Assembly: GCA_036785375.1 (NCBI GenBank) | Contig: JAWMAR010000073.1 | Coordinates: forward strand, 372,001-436,000 | Direction: 5' to 3' | DNA length: 64,000 bases | DNA from: Leucoraja ocellata | Taxonomy: Eukaryota | Shown: piece by piece, positions 13,401 through 26,809 of the stretch | Layout of the letters: each line of letters opens with the position of its first letter | Position numbering within the stretch: the stretch's first letter is position 1 | Made by a program: the position numbers and the translations under genes | Notes under the pieces: generated by a model | The model's database searches: none | The model's input: only the letters and a program-made list of their open reading frames with translations | Told to the model about the DNA's origin: nothing

Positions 13401-16400
13401 CCTGCGGGTTCGGATGATGCGCAGCCAAGTCAGAGGATAGTGTTAAAAGAGGTGATAGGTAAATGTGTGATGTGGTGCCACCCCGATGGAATGCATGCTT
13501 CTGATGCGACTGATTTTCAGGATCAGCAACACACAACAAAATGGTTTGCTAACTCGAATCAGGCCATGTTTAGTCCACAACCGTTGAGGCAGACTGGAAC
13601 TGAGAAGCTTGTACATGCAAAGCAGAAGCCTCCTGCTAAAAATACAACTTGTACATGTGAAAATATTACAAATTCAGATACTGTAGATGCCATGACATTT
13701 CTCAATATTTGCAAAGAACCCATCATTTTACACGATCAGAACGCAGGTAATTTAGCAGCTGGCTTTAATATTGATCCACTTACACTGATTTTCAAAGGTG
13801 CCTTGGAAACTGATGACACTGCTGTCAAACAAAACGCACCGACGGTGGGCAACTTACTACCATGGAGTCAAGTGTTGCAAAATCAAACTGAATTTCATGA
13901 AGGTTCTTTGCAAGGTTGGGGAGGAAATCTAGTTTCTGAGAAATCTCAAGCAGCTCCAGGTTCATGTACTCATCAGCGTGAAGAGTTGGATGTGAGCAAG
14001 TATCCATCGTCCAGAGCAGTCTCATTGAAAGATGAAGACAAGCAGAGCCCAAATAAACAGAGCTTCCATGTCCACAAAGCAACAAGTGAAACTTCCTCAA
14101 TACATGATGACAGTAAAGCTGCCATTGTGCCTAGCTTGGCTAGATTAAGCTCCTTAGAAAGTAGGGTGGATGCTGAGCTGCTAAATACCCACCCTGTGAC
14201 AAAGAAGCAGGTTCTCGATCAGCATGGAGATCAGCCATTTGTCCAACAGCAACCTGCAAGCACTGCTGGTCCCCCAGCATCGAATCCACGAAAAGCAGAA
14301 ATAAAATGCCTTGATGTCCAGTTCTCTAATGGTGACTTGATAAATACATCCATTCTGCAAAGTTCCATGAGATCATATGGTCGGCATAAACAGGCGGAGT
14401 TGCATTGGAGAAGGGAAGAGGATAACTCAGTGTGTTTGACTGAGAGAGATCCTGTTGGGTCGGAGCTGACTGACTATCGTCCAGACTTGTGTGCCATGTC
14501 GGAAGGTCCATTGGCCATTCATTCAGTTAAATATGAAGAAAAGTCTATGGTGGCTGAATTTATGGCCCTACCTCAAACCATCAGCTGCATTGAAAACTAC
14601 AATGATAAAGGGATACGTGACTCAAAAAATGAAGATTTAATTAGGAAGGTAGGAAGTGCTTTTAAAGATTGTGAAGAAGTACAAGCAATGATGAAGCAAG
14701 AACGATCTAATTTTAAGGAGGTGTCTTCTGCTGCAGATTCCCATGATAAAGATCAAGGACTCTTAACTGATGTAAATGAGGAAAGCAAGTCAAATGTTGG
14801 CACCAAGACACACAAGGACAGATGTATAATGTTGACTCCCTGTGTCCATGAAAACCTTAAACAAGAAAAGCCAGTACTGTTGCAACATAGTCAGGATTAT
14901 AAAACCCCAGAACCTGAACTTAGAACTGAACCTATCTTGCAAAGAAAGGATCTGAACAATGCCTGTGTTACCCTTGAAGTCACTAAAACAGACAACAAAA
15001 TGTGTTCTCAACTTGATGATCCGCTGGTCACCCAGGCAGATTGCAGTGGGTTGAGTACTGATGTATGTGAACGGGATGCAGATTCATTCGTCGAGTGCAA
15101 ACAGATTGCAGGGTTGGGCTCACAGTCTCATGAAAGCAATAGATGTACAGTAACGGATGGAACTTGTCATTCTGCGGATTCCTCAGTGATTTCAGATTCT
15201 TGCCACAGTGCTTGTTCGGGATGGTCTTCAGTAACTCAAGTCAATGAGCTTGATCCTGAAGAAGCTGGGTCTTCTGCTTCATCAGAGTTATTCGATGGTT
15301 CAGACACAAGGTGTGCCACACAAATGATGGGTGGGTCAAAGAAGAAATCTCATAAGCTTAAAAGAATAAAACCAAAGCCAAATGTAGATGAAACTAAGGA
15401 TTCGTCAAGTTCAGGTGAAGAAATTGACATTGAATTCCTTTCACTTAACAAGCTCAGGAACAGACACTGCAGGAGAGGTCTCAATAAATCACTCTTGAAT
15501 GTCTGCAAATGCAAAGATTCAATGAATATCGATCATTTTAATGCTGGAAACTGTCTATTAAGCTTTAAAACAGAGCCCAGGGCATCACTATTGAGGCAGA
15601 AATTCACAGCACCAGTTCTCCAAGTGTCTTCATCCAGTGTTAATCTTGTAATGGAAGATTCTAGTGAACACTGCCTTAATCCAGTATTAATTGCTAAACC
15701 TTCAGATGGATTAACCCCAAGAGCTGCTTCATGTGAAACTATGTATCAAGCAAAGGATGTGGACATAAAACATGATGAATCCAAGCAGAGACGTTGGCAT
15801 CGGATTGTTGGCGAGAGTGTTTCAAGGGGTGCAGATTCACATGGGGCGGCTTGCACCACTGAAACATATAATTCCCCAGTCACTTTACTTTGTAATCAAG
15901 GCCAAATAATCCAGTCAGACAAGCAGCTAAATAATGACTGCACCTCACTAACTATTGATAATGGTCTATACAGCGCTCCTGAAGGAAAACTCAAAGCCCA
16001 GGAATTATCAGAGAAGGAGCTGAACTTCAGTGAAGAAAACCATCCAATGCACTTTACTAACATCCATCAACAATGCAACAGGTCAGGCGGAGCCTGTTGG
16101 ATGCAGTGTACGTTGGGAAATGCGAGCAGTGTGCGTTGGGTTCAGCCAGCAGTAAGTAGTCTGAATAATGTGAGATGTCCCAGTGACAACAATGTTGAAA
16201 GTTGCCACTGTAATTCGCATTACTGTGCCAATGTAAGAACAATGTGCAGTACATTAAACAACATGGATGAGTCCCAAGAGGGGGGTTTGGCAACTATGTA
16301 CCCTGAGAGTGAAGACCTTGATGGAGATAGCTGTGCAATGCCATGTAGCCCACCAATGGCACCTTCATTCAGCCAGGTGTCACAGTTTCCAAGTTCTAAT

Positions 16401-18706
16401 TCTGAAGTGGGAAACATAAGATTGCAAGTTGATGAAACCTCGTTCCTGCACCCAAGAGACGTGGAATCTTGTGTAAAGTCGTTCCCTAATGCGCCTGCAC
16501 AACTCACCCACAACAAAGAAACACAAACATCAGATGAAATGAGACCCCAGAAGCTGCCGAGACTTCAGAGGGACCACATCCAAACTCCGACACAGTCAGA
16601 TATGGGTCAACAATTTCAGCCAAGGATGGAGAACATTTCTGTCCATCGTTCAAAGTTTTGCCATAACACTGCAGAGCAATTGGGAAATAGCCACACAAAC
16701 AAGGACCATACGGATGCGGATTTACTCACCAACAAAAACACCAGTAAATTGGGAGCGGTCAGAATGGTGGATGGATATACACAGACAGCAATTGATGCAG
16801 CCACTCAGACAGAAATTATAGACAAATACAGCCATGAAATTCAAAGCCAAGAAGTGCAGAGGCCTCCAGAAGTGAATGTCATTGTAAAAGTCATTGGTTC
16901 AGATGTCAATGTAAGTCATGAACGCAACAACCTGACATTAATATTACAGGAACAAAAGCTGAACGGTAGTGCGCAAGACATCCATGCCCTTCACACTGCT
17001 CTGAGCCAATCAGTTTGTTGTTCTTCTCCCTCAGAAAATGACAATCCATCTTTTAGGACCTCAAGTCCTGCCTTGCCAACTTCGCAGAAATTGACAGCAG
17101 GCTCTTCACATACTGTTTTGTCCAGCCCAGGTTTGTCACCAATTACAGCATCTTCACAGATATCAACACACAGTGACCAAGCACAGGGCACAAGCATCGG
17201 CACTTTGGAAAGCACATCAGAGTGTTCAAAGGTGGAAACAATTGACCCCATATACTCTGAAGACAGAGACGTGAAACAGTTTGCTCAAGATCGTGAAGCT
17301 GAAGTGTCTACTAATGTAACTCCAGCTGTCCTAGTGGATCGAGCGTCATCTCCTATTAAAACAGTGGAAGCTGGGCTGGGTAACTACCGATCTCGCAGCA
17401 AGTCCGTTCTCTGCCCTCAAGGGGAAGGGGCTTTTGCCGTACAATGCATTGACTATGGGCGTAAAAAGCCAAGACCAGTATCTTGGTTTGGCTTTAACGA
17501 GAAACAGCAAAGCAAGATTTGCTTCACGGAAATCAAACCCGCAGCTGAACAAATATTGGAAATAAATAACAAAGGTCCCAAGGTTCATTCAAATGAGTGG
17601 AGTAAATTTACAACACAGAGTTTGAAAAAGTCATTTAAACTAATAAATAAGACGGATCTCCAGAGAGATCTTCACACTGAAGTGTCCCCTATGGGCACTG
17701 CAACAGCAGAATCCTCCAAAGGTCATTGTGTGAACATTTCCAGTGTTGCGGGCTACTACAATTGGCAGAGTGCAAAGGAATCGACAGGACACGTTTTTAA
17801 AGAGTCACCAACTTGTACAGAGGGAATTGGACCACACTTGGCATTTCAAAAGGTTCGAGCACTCTGTACTTCAAACCCAGGAGGAAGAAGGCAGATGAAT
17901 GCTTTCACTTCTCAGCCAACTTGCCAGAGTAATCCGTTGGCATCCCTTCCTCCTGCTCAAATCAATGATAAAACCGTGTGGCCATCTAGAAGAATATTTC
18001 ACCGATCTCCCAGTGCGCCTTCCAATCAACATCATCCTTTGTCCAAAGATGGGGTCGACTTTAAGGGAAAAAAGGCCAGCAAGTTATACAGCCAAATAAG
18101 GTGTGACTCCATGAATCATAATATTTCTGAGAGAGGGACCTCTATAATGAGTAAAGTAACAAATGAATTCACCACTGAAGATGCCCGATCCATGATTTCA
18201 AGTGAATGCAACACAGATTTGCTGCTGAATGAGTTTCCTTCCATAACTAGTTGTAGCAGTTCACAAGCATCTGATTCGAGACTCCAGGCAGTGAGCTGTA
18301 GGGGTCCAGAGGACTTACCTTGGCACAACAAGTTCCAAAACTGGTCAGGAGTTCACTATCACCCTCCACCAGTGGCAAGCCTGATGAGCACAGTCACCGG
18401 CAGTTCACACCGGCAGACTGAGCAAGAGCAAAAGCAAAAGCAAGGCGGCAGTGACATGACAGAAACAACGGGCCTCAAGCCAGGAGATTGCGAGGGAAGG
18501 CGGAAGGAAATTGAAAGCTTGCGCCAAGAGCGTGCTCAGATCCTGTCGGGATTAAACCTGGAATTAAACCAGCACCAGTTGACGGTAGAGCTTGCCGAAG
18601 CAAAGCTGAACTATGGCCTGGGGGAAACAGATGCTTTGTTAAGGATACTCCAGAGTGGAACAGCAGAGGACCAGAACGTTTGCATCAGGCAGCAACTTTA
18701 CGACAG
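7499..18706 (+). CDS. STARD9: STARD9 giant internal exon (11,208 bp, 3736 codons)
   Basis: Lies in the 3747-aa ORF 7467-18710. Branch point tgactaac (7451-7458), acceptor ttttacag, donor AG|gtgagc. STARD9-like motifs DSLYSVDSLSAAYAKA, SDDSEMSQDSL, DEMPAERYW, SECNTDLLL, PEDLPWHNKFQNWSGV, LTVELAEAKLNYGLGETDALLRILQSGT. Confidence 0.93.
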
Positions 18707-19732
18707 GTGAGCCAAGGAAGTAGTTTAACAGCTGAAGAATCTGTGGTGTGATTAGAAATCGAGTCGAGTGTCACCCAGAACCAATTAATCAGGGACCTCC
18801 TGCTGGCCAGCTTGGTTTCATAATTGACTCCCAGATAGGTTTTGGATATCCACACCATTATTAAAACTATATGTTCCTGCTTCTGTAACATTAGCTCCAT
18901 CTTGTTTAATTGTTTGTGCCACTGAAACCTTTATTACTTCTGGACTTGACCATTCCATGCATTCCTGTTTGGCCTCACTCATGTGTAGTCTATGGATCTA
19001 TTTGAGGCAGAAGAGTACATGGTCCAAACATCACAGCAACAGACAGAAGCAAACTCTTTTTATTCCCTTCTGTCTTCCCTCTTTATAACAAAAGCCCTCA
19101 AAACCTGGTAATGTCTTTGCAAATCTTTTCGCTCACTGTCCAGTTTAATGACATCCTTCCTAAAAATGTGTAACCAGAATCCTGTATTCAGTACCCTGAC
19201 CGATGAAGGCACGCATGCCAGACGCTGCCTTCTGCACCCTGCCTGACCTGTGCGTCTACTTTCAGGAACCGTGCCACTGTTCAGATTCTCGCTTGCTGTA
19301 CTATGAACTTAGATCACTGTAAACAGCACAATGTTAATCCTTTCTCCTGCTTATCTAATTTTCGCCCACGGACCCTGGTCCACTTATTTATCTGACGGCT
19401 CTGTTTGAGGATGTTGCTTCTCAATCTCCAAATAGGCACAAAAACAAACAAGGGATTTGTTTTGTAATCATGCTAAACTCCATGTTGCGGCAGTGACAGA
19501 GAGTGGCTGTCGCCATGGACCCTCTTGTTTAAATGCCTGAGGCCAGAGAGGTTTTGTTCATGACCAAAGGCATCGATCTAAGTAAATGTTGGGCTAGCTA
19601 ATAATTAGGCACTCGTTAACTCTGCTGAAGCAACAACTGTATTATTCACTTCACGTGCATTAATGTTTATTCTGATCCATTAAAAAGCTGGAAACTGATC
19701 TATATTCATTATTTCCATGAACATTGTAAAAG

Positions 19733-19936
19733 ACACATGAAAACCATAGAACTCCTGAGGCAGGAGAGAGATGTGAAGATGCAGAAGTTCAGGAGGACTC
19801 GTAGCCTTAGTCCACAGAAACACTTTGCCTTGCATCACCAAAAACATCCAGCCGCATTGAATCATGAACAAGATCTGCCGAGCAAACGGCGGACGTATCT
19901 CCAGCGGTTACGTCAGGACATGGTGGAGAACACACG
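19733..19936 (+). CDS. STARD9: STARD9 coding exon
   Basis: HMKTIELLRQER...RTRSLSPQKH...DLPSKRRTYLQRLRQDMVENTR. Acceptor tgtaaaag, donor CG|gtgagt. Phase 2 to 2. Confidence 0.88.
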
Positions 19937-20074
19937 GTGAGTGGCTTACATCATGGAATTTTCTGCATGTACCGTCCAGCATCTGTGGGGTAAAGTGTCT
20001 TACATTGACTATACCCAGAACTTCCATTCAATCTGTCACATCTACTTGTGTGTAATAGAATCGATTGCTAAATG

Positions 20075-20570
20075 TTAAGTCAAGTCAAGTTTATTCATCA
20101 CATACACATACGAGATGTGCAGTGAAATGAAAAGTGGCAATGCTCGTGGACTTTGTGCAAAAAGACAAACCAAACAAACTACAAACAGAATGTAACAGAA
20201 TCACATATTCTTTTTCATATTCAATATTGTGGGCGGAAGGAAAAAGGGAAAAAAACAGCAATTAAAAAAAAAAAGCAGTCGAGTGGTTCAGTAGGTTAAT
20301 CCCTGGTGAGATAGTAGTTTACAGTCCTAATGGCCTCTGGGAAGAAACTCCCTCTCATCCTCTTCGTTCTCACAGCATGGCAACGGAGGCGTTTGCCTGA
20401 CCGTAGCAGCTGGAACAGGCCGTTGCAGGGGTGGAAGGGGTCTCCCATGATTTTATTGGCTCTGGAGTTGCACCTCCTGATGTATAGTTCCTGCAGGGGG
20501 GCGAGTGAGGTTCCCATAGTGCGTTCGGCCGAACGCACTACTCTCTGCAGAGCCTTCTTGTCCTGGAGCA
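20075..20570 (-). mobile_element. Rex/Babar-type LINE 3' end
   Basis: ORF 20296-20571 DKKALQRVVRSAER...DPFHPCNGLFQLLRSGKRLR...SFFPEAIR, then AATAAA and a (cttga)n tail. Confidence 0.8.
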
Positions 20571-20589
20571 CACCAGAGGATGACTAATA

Positions 20590-23085
20590 AAGTAAAATGG
20601 AAAGTAGACTTTATAAAGATGCATCAGGTATGAAATGCAGGACTTTATGCCAAATCGTTGCATATGGTCAGGGTATTAAGAATAAAAGTCAGGAAGGCAT
20701 GTTGCAGCTTTATAAAGCCCAATAAGGCTACATTTGGAGTGTCCTGTGCAATTCTGGTCAGTCTATCACAGTGGCTTTGGAGACGGGGCAGAGAAGATTA
20801 ACCAGGATGCTGCTTAGATTAGAGGTTATTAGCTGTAAGGAGAGGTTGGACAACATTGGATTGTTTTCCTTGGCGTGTTGGAGGCTGAGGGTGACCTGGC
20901 AAAACTATGTACAATAATGGGGGATGTAGATAGGATGGGAATGTCAAAGAATAGGTTTAGGTGAAGGAGGGAGGTTTGAAAGGAAATTGACTGGGCAAAC
21001 TTATTACGCAGAGTGGTGAGTTCTGGGAACATGCTGCCATGAGGTTGGGAACGCAAATGTTTCACAGGCATTTAGATCGGCTCACGAACAAATGGAATCA
21101 AGAATACGGACTATGCAACCTATTCAGACTCTGCTCATAATGTGATTTCTCCATTCCATGTTAAATTCCTCTGCATCCAGATTGCAGAATCCTATTTGCC
21201 TGTGAATCACCTTGAGATTCACAGGCAATCTCAGGATTCAACTCTGCTTTCTCCAGGTTGATATATACACAACTCATTGGTATTTTCTGCAATCAACTTT
21301 CTTCCTTTCAAACAATCGCCAGCTTTGGAAACCTCAGAACTAAGTAAATACGCTGATGATCAAGTTTGTGGATAACACACAAATTGGATAGAGGAGGGTT
21401 GTCAAAAGGTACAGCAGGATATCGATCAGTTGAAAATGTGTGTGGAGAAATGGCAGATGGTGTTTAATCTAGACAAGTGTGAGGAGGTGCATTTGGGGGG
21501 GGGGGGAGGTGGTTAAATTCAAGAGGAAAGCATACAGTGAATGGCAAAAGCCGGGGGAGTATTGATACACAGAAGGATCGTGGGGTGCAGGTCCACTGCT
21601 CCCTGACAATGAGTTCCTTCATCAGTTAGGCCGGGCATAGAGTACAAGGAACATGGAAGCCATGTTCCAGCTGCAGCCAACTTTGCTTTGGTCACATTTG
21701 GAGTATTGTGTGGAGTTTTGGTCGCTGAATTCCAGAAAGGATGTGGAGGCTTTGGAGAGGGTGAAGAAGTTGCTGGCTGTAGGGGTGGAGGTTGATGGTG
21801 AGCTGATACTCAGCAGGTCAGGCAGCATTGGTGGAGAGAGGGACGGCTAATGTTTTAACTTGACCTTGTGCTTTGGCTCTGTTTCTCTCACGCTGCCTGT
21901 TCAGGGGAGTCTTTGCAACACCTCATTTTTGTGCATCAATCCTGCTCACCCCTGGTTTCAGCCTGTCTGCACCTTCCCGTTCCTGGTGACTGTCCTTGTG
22001 CTGGCACTTCCTCTAAGCCTCTCAACTTGGCTTTCTATAAAAGCTGCTGCATATTCATCTCCCTGCCTGTGCTTCCTAATATTATAACACGTCAAAGTGC
22101 CAAGTAAATATCCAACAGTTAAATACTCGCTGGGACCATCATCGTACTTAGTGTCAGGGGCAGTGGCAAAGATGATGAGGCAACTGTTCATAAAACAGTA
22201 CAGCACAGGAACGGGCCCTTCTGCCCACAATGTTTGTGCTGAACATGATGCCTGGCTGAACTGATCTGATTGTCCTGCACATGATCCATATTCCTCTACT
22301 CACTGCATATCCATGAACTAATCTAAAAGCCTCGTAATTGCCATTGTAGTATGTGCCCCTCACCATCCCTCGCAATTCATTCCAGGCCCCCACCACCCTC
22401 AGTGTAAAAATACAACTTGCCCCGCACACCTCCATTCAACTTTCCCACTCTCACCTTATAGCTGTGTCCTCTAATGTTGGACATTTCCACCCTATCTTTG
22501 CCATTTAGAATTTTATATAATTCTATTGCCGCCCCTCAAACTCCAACGTTCCAGAGTAAAAATCCAAGTCTATCCAACCTCTCCCTGTATCTGAAACCTT
22601 CTAATCCAGGAAGCATCTGGTAAACCTCCTTGGCGCCCTCTCCCTCTCCAAAGCTTCCACATCTTTCCTCTAATGGGGCGACCAGAACTGCACGCAGTGC
22701 TCCAAAATCCTACAGAGCTGGATCACGATTTCCTGACTCTTTTATTCAATGCCTCCAACAATGAAGGGAACCATACCCTATGGCTCTTTCCCACCCTATA
22801 AACTTGTACTGCCACCTTTAGTGAACTGTGAATTTGGTCTCGAAGATCCCTCTGCACATCAATGCTGTTACGGGTTTTGTCATTACTGTATTCTCTGTCC
22901 TTACATTCAACCTCCCAAAGTGCGACAACTCACACTAGCTCAGCTTAAATTCCATCTGCCATCTCTCCATCCATTCCTGCAGATGATGTACAACCTGCTG
23001 TATCTAATGACAGTCTTCCTCACTGTCTGCAATTCCTCCAATTTTGGTATCATCAGTAAATTTACTTATCAACCCATCTACATTT
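20590..23085. mobile_element. Cluster of decayed CR1 fragments in both orientations
   Basis: HLEYCVEFWS...DVEALERV on + (21653-21850), YADD-like at about 21350, and TLRVVGAWNEL on - (22154-22435). Confidence 0.7.
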
Positions 23086-23454
23086 ACGTTGCCCGAAACG
23101 TTGCCTATTTCTTTCGCTCCATAGATGCTGCCTCACCTGCTGAGTTTCTCCAGCATTTTTGTCTACATTTACGTACAGGTCATTTATACATACCACAAAC
23201 AGTAGACCCATTCCTAGATTGATTTCCAGCAATCAATGACTTATTTTCTGATTCATCTTTGTAGCCTTTTCTTTGCACCATTAGACAGCAAAACATATGT
23301 TAGTTTTAGAGAGTTGAACTGTTACTGAAGCTCTGGGTTAATTGGTGGAAATTGGAGATTGTCTACTCTTCACCTTTGTTCCAGCAGCAATCACAATTTT
23401 ACCAACATTGTTTAAACCTAAAGAGAACGGTTAATGATTTGTTGAATCTTGCAG

Positions 23455-23638
23455 GACTCGTGCAGTCGCGAAGGCCCCGCTGGAAAGTCCTTCTGAGATA
23501 GAGTCTCTGCTTAGAGATTATCAGAAGGCTCGTGAGGAAACAAAAGCAGAAATAGCAAAGGCAAGAGACAAATTGCGTGCGAGGGCTGAGAAGGAGAAAT
23601 GCCGTTTACAGCAGGAAATGATCCTACAATTGTTGAAG
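23455..23638 (+). CDS. STARD9: STARD9 coding exon
   Basis: Acceptor cttgcag, donor AAG|gtaact. Encodes PSEIESLLRDYQKAREETKAEIAKARDKLRARAEKEKCRLQQEMILQLLK. Phase 2 to 0. Confidence 0.9.
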
Positions 23639-24289
23639 GTAACTTTCAGAAACATTATTCAGCATTATAATGAGGGAATAATGTAAAACTGTGTGTTATT
23701 AGGCATTTTTATAGTTGAGTCTAGAACTTTGAAAATGTGAACTTTAGGTGTTTGAAAAAAAGGGTTTAGTTTAATCTTAGAAATATTGTTAAATTAGTAC
23801 CATTAATGAAAATATTCAAGCAAGACAGTGCCAGGATGTCTGGGGTTATGAGGAGAAAGCTGGAGAATGGGATAGAAGGGAGAGATAGATCAGCCATGAT
23901 TGAATGGTGGGCCGAATGGCCTAATTCTGCTCCCATCACATGACCAAACACATTATGTAAGCAAATTTTGTGGCTTAAAAGATTCAATTAGAGAAAATGA
24001 ATTTGTAACTGCTAATTATTTGATGTAGAAAATCAAAAATCAAATTTGGAATAGTTCCAATTCCAAATGTTGGTAATTTCAGGCTTGTCTGAAAGCAACA
24101 TGTGAGCCGTGTACCATCTCACTTACGTTCCTAATCACTAGGGTAAAGGCAGGGTGTGGGAACATGTTTGTGGGCAATACTTGAGAGAGTTTGTTTAAAC
24201 AATCTGCAGCATGCTTGGTGAAGGAATGTGTTTGCAAGTATTCGGTTGCTCTGAATATTGGGTTGTGTTTGTTATAACTGTCCTCTCAG

Positions 24290-24424
24290 GAGGAAGAGCG
24301 GATCAGGAAGTTGGCCAACAGAAGCAGTTTGCGCACCGGCTCAAATCTCAGCCTCTCGTCCAATCCCACATCTGGTTACAGCAGCAGCACCACCGCTTCG
24401 CCTGACATCAACCCCCAGACCAAG
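24290..24424 (+). CDS. STARD9: STARD9 coding exon
   Basis: Acceptor ctctcag, donor AAG|gtgaga. Encodes EEERIRKLANRSSLRTGSNLSLSSNPTSGYSSSTTASPDINPQTK. Phase 0 to 0. Confidence 0.88.
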
Positions 24425-25986
24425 GTGAGAACACACTCCCTGTGACAAGAACTCAACATTCTCAATCTTGTGTTGGTGCTGTGGATAAAATGCCCATTAT
24501 TGGTTCATCCTCTGTATCTGACAACCCCAGCACCTCAGTGAACAGTCTGTAATCAATACAACAGCTGAAAGGAAGACAGTCTATACTGGAACTTCATAGC
24601 CAATGAGGTGTAATTACTGTGGTTGTTTAGAGAGTATGGTGGCACATGGCAAGATCAGAAACTAGATATGTGTGGGAAGGAACTGCAGATGCTGGTTTAA
24701 ACCGAAGATAGACACAAAAAGCCGGAGTAACTCAGCGGATTAGACAGCATCTCTGGAGAAAAGGAATGGGTGACGTTTTGGGTCGAGACCCTTCTTCAGA
24801 CTAGACTTCAAACTAGGTAATCTATTTCAATTGTTGTGAAATAAACTTTGGCCAAATGCTCATGGAGGATCGTTGCATCTGTTTAAATTGTGCACATTTT
24901 ACATCCACCTTAAAGATGCTGCAGTACACACTGCAAAAAATATATCTTATGTTGGAAATATAAGATTAGTGCGTTCTTTAAACTACAAAGTGAAAAGTTA
25001 AACAACGCAGAAGTCATGGATTTTGTGTTCCAGTGCCTGTTGTTTTGTGTGTAAGATGCAACCAGCACATTTGTAAACGAGCAGCACCTTGTGACCATGG
25101 ACAGAATTGAAAGATGGGTGTTGTGTTTAATTGTTGCAATTTTTCACAGATGATTGAGTTTTTTGAGCAGGCAACAATGAAGATTAATGAAGTCATATAT
25201 GAACTTTAATAAGGCAAGTTCCTGCATGGTAGGCTGGATGGAAAGTTAAGGTTCATGGGATCCAAGGTCAACTGGCTATTGGACCAAAACTGACTTGGTG
25301 ACTGGAGGCAGGGGATAGTTTACTGATTGTAGGTCTGTGACCAATCATGTACTACAAGGACTGCCACAAGAAGTGGTGGAATCAGATACAATTGCTGTTT
25401 AAGAGTCATTTGGACAGACACAGAGAAATATGGCTCTAATGCGGGCAAGTGGGTTTAGTGGAGGTGGGCAAGAGGGTCAGCATGGACATGTGGGTTGAAG
25501 GGCACGTTTCAGTACTGTACCACTCAACAACTCTAGTGTGAAAGTAAAGCAGATTTGTTTATTGCATCAGTCTCCTTTGAGCCACCATCCGCAGGTGATG
25601 GAAACTTGAAACACTATGTTGGGGGAATGTTGTGTTTAGAAACTGTAAGAGATTTTTTAAATGAATTTGCGTGTATGCTGCCGGCAAAACTATTCTCTAC
25701 GGACAAACCACATTACAGTTGTACACAGCCGGGCAAGTGAGGAGGATCTCACTGAATCGTGACTGTGCCTCAGTGATCGGGTAACTCTGTGTGAAAGCTT
25801 TTAACTAACGAGACTGATCAGTAAATAATGAGATATTCAGCCTAAAGGAGTTTCACAAGGATCTTAATATCCCTTTACATTAGCCATTCTGTGCAGATAA
25901 TTTGATTTCAAATTTCCAATAACTATCTTGAATAAATCACGTTGTATGGAGCAAGTTTTTATTGAATAAAATCTGTTTAATAACAG

Positions 25987-26080
25987 CAGAGCAAAAGCCG
26001 TGCAGATCCTGGGATGGCCAGCAACAGATGCACAGCTTGTGGCAACTCACAGTTTAAAGACACTGAAGTCACTCAACATG
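25987..26080 (+). CDS. STARD9: STARD9 short coding exon
   Basis: Acceptor taacag (tandem cagcag), donor G|gtgagt. Open frame QSKSRADPGMASNRCTACGNSQFKDTEVTQH. Supplies the phase 0 to 1 change needed for the next exon. Confidence 0.72.
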
Positions 26081-26809
26081 GTGAGTAACACTGAACATGT
26101 CCCCTAAACTTCAGCTCATCAAGATCGTGCTGCGCATGTTGTAACTCCTCCTAAGTTCCATTCACCAACATTTCCGCTCACAGCGATTTAACAAGGCCCT
26201 GTTTCGAGATGCCTCATGCACAAGCATCCATGTGTTCAGGCCCCGCCACAGTTCTTGTGTCCGTGTGAATTTGTGTGTCTAATTGGACTGATTGAGTTGA
26301 TTTGAGAATCATTGCTTTGATTGTCTTGTGGAATGAAGGGAAATGAGTGGATGTAAGTTTTTGATAAGGTTGCCAAATCAAACGTTATTGTGGAAAATAA
26401 ACCATCTTGTGGCAGGTGATATAATAGTGTGTGGTGGCTGTTAAACAGGGAGCAGGGAGGGGGCATAAATGAGGTAAGCCTTCAATAATCTACTAAACAA
26501 ATGTTCAGCATCTGGCTCATTGGATTTCCTGTTCAATGTTTAAACTCACTGGGAACTCATTCCCATGCACCTCAAACACACCAGGTTCACTGAAACATGG
26601 ATTATACTTCTGTATAACAGCTGACAAATGAGTGTCATGGTATTGATGGTCATAATATCAGTCAGGAGGAATTACCAGTCGGGTACCATCAAAACCCATA
26701 AGCTTTTTGGCATTTTACTGTCTTTACTTTTTACAATGTAAATGAATGACTTGGGTGAACCACCAAAGGGTTGGTTGCTATATTTGCTGAGGCACCAAGT
26801 AAATTGTGA

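Noticed and set aside
7550-18331. Many minus-strand ORFs of 60-243 aa opposite the giant exon
   Set aside because: Expected antisense shadows of a long coding sequence, with no recognisable motifs.
7467-18710. A single-exon 3747-aa stand-alone gene
   Set aside because: It starts at TTG inside the intron and stops within a splice donor. It is in frame with the flanking STARD9 exons.
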